From the NCBI GenBank assembly GCA_036257785.1, contig DATAFA010000035.1, positions 1-47,571 of the forward strand: a stretch of DNA of 47,571 nt, written 5' to 3'. The stretch comes from Solirubrobacterales bacterium (lineage in GTDB: Bacteria > Actinomycetota > Thermoleophilia > Solirubrobacterales > 70-9). The notes under the pieces were generated by a model. It saw only the letters and a list, made by a program, of their open reading frames with translations, was not told where the DNA came from and did no database searches. Every line of letters starts with the position of its first letter. The stretch's first letter is position 1. The translations under genes were made by a program, and so were the position numbers. Shown piece after piece: positions 41,486 to 47,571 of this stretch.

Positions 41486-41980
41486 CTAATCGCCTTGCGA
41501 CGCCGCGGGCTTCCTAGCGCTGACGTTCCAGACGGACCCTCGGCCGACTATCGAGCCATCCGGCTGCTGCCAAGCGGCATAGTGCTCAGCGAGCGCCTCG
41601 GCGATCTCCGGCCGGCGGCTCTCCCCGTAGTCTCCGTTCAGGCGGATCAGCTCGGCGCCGGGCCCAATAGCAAGCAAGGCCTCGATCGCCTCGTCCATGT
41701 CCCGGCCCATGAAGAACTGCGTCCCCATGCGCGAGAACGCGTAGTCGTGCCGCGGCTCCCAATCCGCCGTCTGCACGTCGGCGATCTCGAAGGCGACGTT
41801 GCCGACGCCGGCTTCGGCAGCTTCGCGGCACGCATCTTCGATGAACTCCGGGGAGGAGTCGATGCCGAGCGCAGAGCCTCCTGGTCCGACTAGCTCAGCG
41901 AGTCGTTGCGTCGTGTCGCCGAACCCACAGCCGATGTCGATGCAGCTTCCGCCTTCGGTTGGAGGAAAGCGATCGAGTCG
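41486..41980 (-). pseudogene. 5'-truncated class I SAM-dependent methyltransferase
   Basis: Reading back from the 96-aa track ORF, the frame stays open to an in-frame TGA at 41981-41983. It encodes RLDRFPPTEGGSCIDIGCGFGDTTQRLAELVGPGGSALGIDSSPEFIEDA.. (SAM motif I only ~10 codons from the stop). There is no ATG/GTG/TTG before GTG 41776. Confidence 0.5.
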
Positions 41981-42068
41981 TCACTCTCGTTCCCTTCCTA
42001 GTTTCCGATGTAGCAACGTCCGACTGCTTTGTCGGCTGCGGTGGAGCTTCGAGGAAGGCATAAGCGCG

Positions 42069-42728
42069 TCAGCCTCCGCCTGCCACCGGAGCGCCAGCGA
42101 GCTTCCACTCCGGCCAGCCGCCCTCGAGACGGCGGGCGCGGCGCCCCGAGCGGTTGAGCGTCCGAACGGCCTCGTCAGCGAAGGCACAGAAGGGGCCGCG
42201 GCAGTAGGCAACGACCTCGGCCTCGTGCGGGAGTTGGGCGAGGCGCTCTTCGAGCTCATCGATCGGGAACGATCGTGCCCCGGCGATATGGCCGGACTCG
42301 AACTCGACACCGGGCCGGACGTCGAGCAGGACGAGCTCATCGCTCTCGAGCCGGGCGAGAAGCTCCGCGGCGCTGATCGCCTCCACGGGCTCGCCGACGT
42401 ATCTGTCGGCGGCCCGCTGGACCTCGGCCACCCGGGCTTGCGCCGTATCGCGCATCCCGATCCAGAGGGCGAGGACGTCGTCGCCGGCGAGCTCGTAGCG
42501 GATCCGGTTCCCCTCCCTGCAGCGCGAGACCACGCCTGAGGCGTGGAGGGCCTGCAAGTGCTGGGACGTATTCGCAACCGAGAGGCCGGCAGCCTCGGCG
42601 AGCTGATCCACCGAGCGCGGGCTCTGGGCGAGCAGATCGATCAGCTCGAGGCGACGGGAGCTGGAGAAGGCCTTGCCGAGTCCGGCGATCGCCTCGAAGA
42701 GCTCACTCTTGGCCTCTCGCGCTTCCAT
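42069..42728 (-). CDS. ArsR-family HTH regulator fused to a rhodanese domain
   Basis: 219 aa. SSSRRLELIDLLAQSPRSVDQLAEAAGLSVANTSQHLQALHASGVV (ArsR wHTH), then LLDVRPGVEFESGHIAGARSFP..VVAYCRGPFCAF (rhodanese active-site loop). Confidence 0.85.
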   Translation of the reverse strand: MEAREAKSELFEAIAGLGKAFSSSRRLELIDLLAQSPRSVDQLAEAAGLSVANTSQHLQALHASGVVSRCREGNRIRYELAGDDVLALWIGMRDTAQARVAEVQRAADRYVGEPVEAISAAELLARLESDELVLLDVRPGVEFESGHIAGARSFPIDELEERLAQLPHEAEVVAYCRGPFCAFADEAVRTLNRSGRRARRLEGGWPEWKLAGAPVAGGG

Positions 42729-42730
42729 GG

Positions 42731-42764
42731 TTGCTATTCAACTATTCTATTGATAACTTGTCAA
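42731..42764. promoter_or_regulatory. Face-to-face divergent promoter candidates with an imperfect palindrome
   Basis: Minus strand: TTGACA(42764-59)-N17-TTGAAT(42741-36)-N7-ATG. Plus strand: TTGCTA(42731-36)-N17-TAACTT(42754-59). Palindrome TTGATAA-C-TTGTCAA (42750-64, 6/7 arms). CTATT occurs three times in 42734-42750. Confidence 0.35.
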
Positions 42765-42792
42765 GCCCAGCACCACGTCGAGGGATCAGAGG

Positions 42793-43554
42793 ATGTATTT
42801 CCGCCAGCTGCTCAACGACGACACCGCCTGTGCCTCCTACCTCTTCGGTTGCAAGACGACCGGCGAGTTCGCCGTCGTCGACCCACACGTTGACCTCGTC
42901 GACGACTACGTCGAGCTGGCCGCCGCGCAGGGCGCGCAGATCGTTGCCGTCCTCGAGACCCATCTGCAGGCAGATCACCTCTCTGGCCTGCCGGACCTGA
43001 TCGCCAGCACTGGCGCCACTGCTTACCTGCCGGCTGGCAGCGGTGTCGAGTTCGAGCACGTGGCGGTCGGCGACGGGGAAACCGTCAAGCTCGGCAACAC
43101 CGAGCTGACCGCGATCGGCACCCCCGGGCACGCTGGCGCCCACCATGCATACGTCGTCAGCGACCATAGCCGCGCCGATGACCCGTGGTTCGTGCTCAGC
43201 GGCGATGCGCTGCTGGTCGGGGATGCCGGGCGTCCCGACCTGCACGCAAGCGGCGACGCCAGCGTCGGGGACATGGCGCGGACCCTCTACCGCTCGCTGA
43301 ACGAACGCCTGCTCTCGCTGCCCGATCACCTGCTTCTGTATCCGGCGCACTACTCGGGCTCGGTCTGCGGCCGCGGGCTCTCGGCCAACCCGGTCTCGAG
43401 CATCGGCTTCGAGCGTGCTCACAACCCGGCGCTGCAGTTCGCATCCGAGGACGAGTTCGTCGCCGCGCTGGTCCGCGACATCCCCCCTGCTCCGGAGGGG
43501 CAGGCCGAGATAATCGCCGCCAATCGCGCGGGACGCGTCAGCGCCGGCGCCTGA
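42793..43554 (+). CDS. MBL-fold metallo-hydrolase, persulfide-dioxygenase-like
   Basis: 253 aa. ETHLQADHLSG (HxQxDH), GTPGHAGAH, SGDALLVGDAGRPDL, LLYPAHYSG. Confidence 0.85.
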   Translation: MYFRQLLNDDTACASYLFGCKTTGEFAVVDPHVDLVDDYVELAAAQGAQIVAVLETHLQADHLSGLPDLIASTGATAYLPAGSGVEFEHVAVGDGETVKLGNTELTAIGTPGHAGAHHAYVVSDHSRADDPWFVLSGDALLVGDAGRPDLHASGDASVGDMARTLYRSLNERLLSLPDHLLLYPAHYSGSVCGRGLSANPVSSIGFERAHNPALQFASEDEFVAALVRDIPPAPEGQAEIIAANRAGRVSAGA

Positions 43555-43556
43555 TC

Positions 43557-44831
43557 GTGACCGGGGTTCGCCTCGGACTACGCGAGAACCTCGGCCAGTT
43601 CTCGCTGCTGGTCGCGCTCAACGCCTTCGTCGGCGCGATGGTCGGTCTGGAGCGTTCGACGCTCCCCTTGATCGGCGAGCAGGAGTTCGGCTTGAAGTCG
43701 GCCTCTGCCGTCGCGGCATTCGTCGTCGCCTTCGGCTTGGCCAAGGCACTGACCAATCTCGGGGCCGGGCTCGGAGCGGAACGGATCGGACGCAAACGGC
43801 TCCTGGTCGCAGGCTGGCTCTTCGCCTTGCCGGTGCCGCTACTGATCGCCGCCGCCCCGAGCTGGACCTGGGTCGTCGCCGCCAACGTCCTGCTCGGAAT
43901 CAATCAAGGTCTCGCCTGGTCGATGACAGTGGTCATGAAGATCGACCTCGTCGGGCCGCGGCGCCGAGGCTTCGCGCTCGGGCTCAACGAGGCGGCCGGC
44001 TACGGGGGTGTGGCGATCGCTGCAGCAGTGAGCGGTTGGATCGCCGCCGAGGCGGCATCTCGGGACGTGCTCGTCGCCGGTGGCGCGTTCGTCGCCCTGG
44101 CGGCCCTGCTGATCTCGGTCCTCTTCGTTCGTGACACGGCCGCCCACGTCCGCTTGGAGCAACGGCGCGGGCATGCGGTCGACGAGCAGGCCCCGGGCCT
44201 GAGGCAGGTCTTCCCCGACGCGACCTACCGGGTTCCATCGCTTCGCGCTTGCTCTCAGGCCGGCCTGGTCAACAACCTCAACGACGCGCTGGTCTGGGCC
44301 GTGGTGCCGCTGTATCTCGGCTCGCAGGGGGCTTCGATCGCCGAGGTCGGGCTCGTCGCCGGCATCTACCCTGCGGTCTGGGGCGTGGGGCAGATCGCGG
44401 CCGGTCACCTCTCGGACCAGATCGGCCGCAAGCCGCTGATCGTCACCGGGATGCTGGTCCAAGCGCTCGCGCTGGCGTTGCTTGCGGCTTCCGGAGAATC
44501 GGTCGGCTTGGCCGCACTCGCCGCCGCAATTCTCGGCATCGGCACCGCCCTCGTCTATCCGACTCTGATCGCCGCAATCTCGGACACCGTCTCTCCGGTA
44601 GCGCGGGCCGCGACCGTCGGCGTCTACCGGTTCTGGCGGGACATGGGATACGTGGCCGGTGGCCTCATCGCCGGCCTTGCCGCCGATGCCGCCGGTTATC
44701 AGGGCGCGATTGCGATCGTCGCTACGCTCACAGCAGCCTCGGGAATCTGGGTCGGCCTCGACCTGCGGGAGCGGCGGCTCGCTCCCGCCCAACCCCGAGG
44801 TCGCGTTGCACAGCCGGGCGGGTCGAAGTGA
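43557..44831 (+). CDS. MFS transporter (12 TM)
   Basis: GTG 43557, 2 nt after the MBL stop. GLGAERIGRKRLLV motif A, GHLSDQIGRKPLIV second-half motif. The upstream part of track ORF 43185-44831 overlaps the MBL gene and is rejected. Confidence 0.85.
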   Translation: MTGVRLGLRENLGQFSLLVALNAFVGAMVGLERSTLPLIGEQEFGLKSASAVAAFVVAFGLAKALTNLGAGLGAERIGRKRLLVAGWLFALPVPLLIAAAPSWTWVVAANVLLGINQGLAWSMTVVMKIDLVGPRRRGFALGLNEAAGYGGVAIAAAVSGWIAAEAASRDVLVAGGAFVALAALLISVLFVRDTAAHVRLEQRRGHAVDEQAPGLRQVFPDATYRVPSLRACSQAGLVNNLNDALVWAVVPLYLGSQGASIAEVGLVAGIYPAVWGVGQIAAGHLSDQIGRKPLIVTGMLVQALALALLAASGESVGLAALAAAILGIGTALVYPTLIAAISDTVSPVARAATVGVYRFWRDMGYVAGGLIAGLAADAAGYQGAIAIVATLTAASGIWVGLDLRERRLAPAQPRGRVAQPGGSK

Positions 44832-44832
44832 C

Positions 44833-45501
44833 TCAACCGGCGGGCGCCGCGGCGCGGCCGAGAATGTGCGTCTTCGGTGGATCCAGCGGCGGGATCCCAA
44901 AGGCGTAGCGGTCAATCTCGGTGATCTCGAAGCCGGCTGCGCGGATCGAAGCCTCGGTGTCGCGGCCGAGGTGACATCCGCCGGCGACGTGTGGCCAGAG
45001 CAAGTCGGCCTGGCGCTGAAGACGGGCGCGGGCCGGCTTCGGCGAGGCGACGTGCTCGTTGAAGCGCAACTCACCACCGGGCTTCAAGACCCGGCGAACC
45101 TCCGCGAGAACCTGCTGTGGCGCATCGACCGAGCAGAGCACGTGGAAGCTGACCGCGGCATCGAACTCGTTGTCGGAGAACGGCAGCGTTTCCGCGGCGG
45201 CCCGGTGGACGGACACCGGTGCCGCGGCTGCGGTGGCGCGTGTTTCGGCGAGCTCGGCCAGGTAGTGCTCAGGCTCGATCGCCACGACCTCGGTGACGGT
45301 CTCAGGGTAGTGAGGGAAGTTGAGCCCGCTGCCGGCTCCGATCTCGAGGACGCGCCCGCTGAGCCCGCGCAGCAAGGCCTGGCGCTTCTCACGGAGGCCC
45401 TTGGCCTCGGCGTCCTCGGCCTGACGGGCGAAGAGCCGCGCCCACACGGGCCGGCTCACGAACCCGACCGCTGCTGCGGCACCGGGCAGGAGCGCCGCCA
45501 T
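44833..45501 (-). CDS. Class I SAM-dependent methyltransferase
   Basis: 222 aa. GRVLEIGAGSGLNFPHYP, VLKPGGELRFNEH. Confidence 0.85.
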   Translation of the reverse strand: MAALLPGAAAAVGFVSRPVWARLFARQAEDAEAKGLREKRQALLRGLSGRVLEIGAGSGLNFPHYPETVTEVVAIEPEHYLAELAETRATAAAAPVSVHRAAAETLPFSDNEFDAAVSFHVLCSVDAPQQVLAEVRRVLKPGGELRFNEHVASPKPARARLQRQADLLWPHVAGGCHLGRDTEASIRAAGFEITEIDRYAFGIPPLDPPKTHILGRAAAPAG

Positions 45502-45674
45502 GGCATGACCACCCCGCGGAGGAAGAGCCAGTCGTCGACCTGGCGGGCGAGATCCGGTCGCCAGAGCGGCCCCGAAAGCAGAGCGCCGGCGCCGAAGGCC
45601 GTGGTCGGATTGATGATGCGGCTGAGCGTTCTCTGAATGTCCATGGCAGCATCATAACAGTTGTATTGTTTTGT

Positions 45675-45690
45675 CAAGTCGTTAGACTTG
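45675..45690. promoter_or_regulatory. Perfect palindrome CAAGTC-GTTA-GACTTG in front of the TetR gene
   Basis: 6-nt arms. Overlaps a TAGACT -10-like hexamer (45683-88; TTGTAT 16 nt upstream) and ends 6 nt before ATG 45697. Confidence 0.4.
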
Positions 45691-45696
45691 CACCGG

Positions 45697-46317
45697 ATGG
45701 ACGGGTCGATTCCCAAGCGCACTCCCGAGCGCATCCTCGATGCGGCGATGAGCCTCTTCGCCGAGCGCGGCTATGAAGCCACCAGCGTCGGCGCGATCGA
45801 GATGGCCGCTGGGCTGGCTCCGCGCTCGGGCGCGCTCTACCAGCACTTCGAGGGCAAAGGCGACGTCCTCGAGAAGGCTCTCGAGCGGCAGATGGCTGTC
45901 TTGGACGAGCTCGAGACCTCGCTTGCCGATCTCGACCTTGGCGATCTGCGGGCGGAGCTGACGGTGATGGCGCGCTGGAACCTCAGCTCGCTTGATCAGC
46001 GCCGGGAGCTGGCCATGTTCCTGCGCCGCGACGGCGATCGCCTCCCAGACGCGCTCAGAGAAAAGCTCTATCGGCGCCTGGTCGAAGAGCCCTACGCCGA
46101 GGTCGTCCGCTGGCTGCGGGCGCGCCTCGAGGCCGGCGGCGGCCAGGAACCCGACTACCAGGCCCTAGCGCTCATCCTGATTGAGCCGATGTCGACCTAC
46201 CGGTCGCTGCAGTGGCTCTTCGGCAAGACCCCTGGCGACATCACCGACGATCGGTTCGTCGAGACATGGGTCGACATATGCCTCGCCTACGCCCGCCACC
46301 TCGAAGACCGGCACTGA
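45697..46317 (+). CDS. TetR/AcrR family transcriptional regulator
   Basis: RILDAAMSLFAERGYEATSVGAIEMAAGLAPRSGALYQHFEGK. ATG 45697 preferred over the low-GC TTG at 45661. Confidence 0.85.
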   Translation: MDGSIPKRTPERILDAAMSLFAERGYEATSVGAIEMAAGLAPRSGALYQHFEGKGDVLEKALERQMAVLDELETSLADLDLGDLRAELTVMARWNLSSLDQRRELAMFLRRDGDRLPDALREKLYRRLVEEPYAEVVRWLRARLEAGGGQEPDYQALALILIEPMSTYRSLQWLFGKTPGDITDDRFVETWVDICLAYARHLEDRH

Positions 46318-46350
46318 TCACTTGCCGCGACCGCCGGACGCGATCGTATG

Positions 46351-46375
46351 CGTAAGTGTATACTTACCGTAAGTG
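46351..46375. promoter_or_regulatory. Near-perfect 16-nt palindrome and CGTAAGTG direct repeat abutting the ArsR start
   Basis: GTAAGTGTATACTTAC (46352-67, 7 of 8 pairs) contains TATACT (46359-64). CGTAAGTG occurs at 46351-58 and 46368-75; the second copy includes the GTG start at 46373. Confidence 0.4.
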
Positions 46376-46687
46376 GGTGCTTACGATCTTCCAATTGAAG
46401 CCCTTGGAGATCCGACCAGGCGGGCGATCTTCGAGCAGGTCGCTGAGCGACCCCGCGCCGTTGGCCAGCTCGCAGCCGAGCTACCGATCAGCCGCCCCGC
46501 CGTCTCGCAACACCTCCGCGTGCTCAAGCGGGCGGGCCTCGTGCTGGACCGCCCGGAGGGCAACCGACGGATCTACAGGGTCGACCCCAACGGCCTCGAG
46601 CAGATCCGCGACTACCTCGATCAGGTCTGGAGCGAGGCCCTCGACGCATTCAAGGAAGCAGCCGAACAACCAAAGGAGAACCGATGA
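46373..46687 (+). CDS. ArsR/SmtB family transcriptional regulator
   Basis: 104 aa. ALGDPTRRAIFEQV..VGQLAAELPISRPAVSQHLRVLKRAGLV..GNRRIYRV. Confidence 0.9.
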   Translation: MGAYDLPIEALGDPTRRAIFEQVAERPRAVGQLAAELPISRPAVSQHLRVLKRAGLVLDRPEGNRRIYRVDPNGLEQIRDYLDQVWSEALDAFKEAAEQPKENR

Positions 46688-47154
46688 ACCAGCCGACGAT
46701 CAGCCTGACCGTGCGGAACGAGATCACCGTCGAGGCATCCCAGGAGAGAGCCTTTGAGGTCTTCACCGCAGAGATCGGCACTTGGTGGCCGCTTGCCGAC
46801 AAGACGATCGGCGATGCCGAGGCCGAGATTGCGATCATCGAGCCGCGAGCCGGCGGACGCTGGTATGAGCGCGGGGTCGACGGCAGCGAGAGCGAGTGGG
46901 GAACCGTGATCGCCTACGAGCCTTCGGATCGTCTAGTCCTCGACTGGCAAATCAGCGCCGGCTGGGCGTATGACCCCGAGCTTCACACCGAGATCGAGGT
47001 TCGCTTCATCGCCGAGACCGAGGAGCGCACCCGAGTCGAGCTCGAGCATCGGGGCCTCGAGGCCTACGGTGGTGACGCCGAGCAGATGCGCCAGATCTTC
47101 GCGTCCCCCGATGGCTGGAGCGGAATCCTCGCGGACTACGGCAAGGCGTCTTGA
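46684..47154 (+). CDS. SRPBCC (AHSA1/START-like) domain protein
   Basis: 156 aa. ATGA overlap with the ArsR stop. ERAFEVFTAEIGTWWP..GGRWYERG..WGTVIAYEPSDRLVLDW. This is the classic ArsR-SRPBCC pair. Confidence 0.85.
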   Translation: MNQPTISLTVRNEITVEASQERAFEVFTAEIGTWWPLADKTIGDAEAEIAIIEPRAGGRWYERGVDGSESEWGTVIAYEPSDRLVLDWQISAGWAYDPELHTEIEVRFIAETEERTRVELEHRGLEAYGGDAEQMRQIFASPDGWSGILADYGKAS

Positions 47155-47425
47155 TCAGGCATCACTTGCACGGCGACAGCCCGGCCCGAAGGCGGCTCCC
47201 GCTCCTCGCTGGCCTGTTGGTCAGTTAGGAATTGAGGCGCTGGCGTCCCAGCTATGAAGCCGCACCCGAGCTGTTCGCCTGTTTGATCTGATCACGCGTT
47301 CGCCGGTGCCGTTCCAGAATGGCCCCAGGCTCGGCGGCGACTGGAACACCGCGCTCGAGCGGGCGAAGCTCGACCGCGTGCCGGATGCCGACGCCGCGGT
47401 GGTTGTCCGCCTTTTGCCGCGCCGC

Positions 47426-47449
47426 GAACTGGCGAACGAACTGGCGAAC
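47426..47449. repeat. Exact 12-nt tandem duplication GAACTGGCGAAC x2
   Basis: Read directly in the 305-nt non-coding gap between the SRPBCC gene and pilC. Confidence 0.8.
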
Positions 47450-47459
47450 AGGCCCGCGC

Positions 47460-47571
47460 TTACTTGATCTTGTCGTAGAGGCTGAAGATCGGCAGATACA
47501 TCGAGATCACGATGAAGCCGACGACGCCGCCGACGAAGATGATCATCACCGGCTCGATCAGGGAGGTGAGG
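47460..47571 (-). CDS. pilC: Type IV pilus platform protein PilC / GspF family, C-terminal 36 codons (5' part beyond the window edge)
   Basis: My reverse-complement translation: ..LTSLIEPVMIIFVGGVVGFIVISMYLPIFSLYDKIK*, the conserved last TM/tail of GspF/PilC proteins. Confidence 0.75.
   Translation of the reverse strand, partial: LTSLIEPVMIIFVGGVVGFIVISMYLPIFSLYDKIK

Noticed and set aside
1-47571. tRNA, rRNA, riboswitch, transposase, integrase, toxin-antitoxin and defence-system (RM, Cas, retron RT, Abi) genes.
   Set aside because: No T-arm-like GGTTCGAATCC-type sequences or cloverleaf candidates appear in any intergenic gap. No ORF carries transposase, recombinase, RT or nuclease-helicase motifs that I can recognise. 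Riboswitch absence is only a visual impression and needs an Infernal/Rfam scan.

Overview
47.6-kb, high-GC (roughly 70% by eye, not computed), very gene-dense chromosomal segment. It probably comes from an actinobacterial-type monoderm. That is inferred from Mycobacterium-like aroC-aroK-aroB-aroQ-pepQ and efp-nusB blocks, lipobox lipoproteins, leaderless-looking regulators and a type IV pilus cluster with no secretin. I call about 53 protein genes and one 5'-truncated pseudogene. I found no rRNA/tRNA, CRISPR array, transposase/integrase/phage genes or recognisable defence-system genes. All family calls come from reading motifs in the ORF-track proteins and my own reverse-complement translations; no database search was run, and many start codons are judgement calls.

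Layout:
- 1-4.4 kb: isoprenoid and translation housekeeping (dxs partial, a collagen-like membrane protein, ispA, xseB-like, nusB, efp).
- 4.4-12.3 kb: mixed block (chrA, AOC/dirigent-like lipoprotein, OYE flavoenzyme, MFS, SDR, yidC paralog, cfa-family methyltransferase).
- 12.3-16.6 kb: pepP-aroQ-aroK/B fusion-aroC.
- 16.6-23.7 kb: type IVa-like pilus cluster (pilA, two minor pilins, pilD, pilM, pilN, pilO, one unknown).
- 24-33 kb: MarR, three transporters, NMO, DUF4396, TauE and small stress-type membrane proteins.
- 33.1-35.9 kb: 918-aa secreted beta-helix protein with three novel C-terminal modules.
- 36.1-40.4 kb: FTR1 iron-permease operon.
- 40.6-47.2 kb: regulator-rich accessory stretch (ArsR-rhodanese/MBL/MFS, TetR/methyltransferase, ArsR/SRPBCC).
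- Right edge: the 3' end of pilC.

Best candidates for something undescribed, all moderate confidence:
1. The translationally coupled FTR1 operon. It carries an orphan hydantoinase/oxoprolinase-like ATPase and three paralogous exported helical domains with a (D/E)HFE motif.
2. The triplicated Cys-bracketed module at the C-terminus of the beta-helix protein, whose start is coupled to a 7-codon uORF.
3. A perfect 12+12 CsoR/RicR-like palindrome in front of a DUF4396 gene, with no cognate regulator in the window.
4. An ArsR-rhodanese fusion divergent from a persulfide-dioxygenase-like MBL with an H-x-Q-x-D-H motif.
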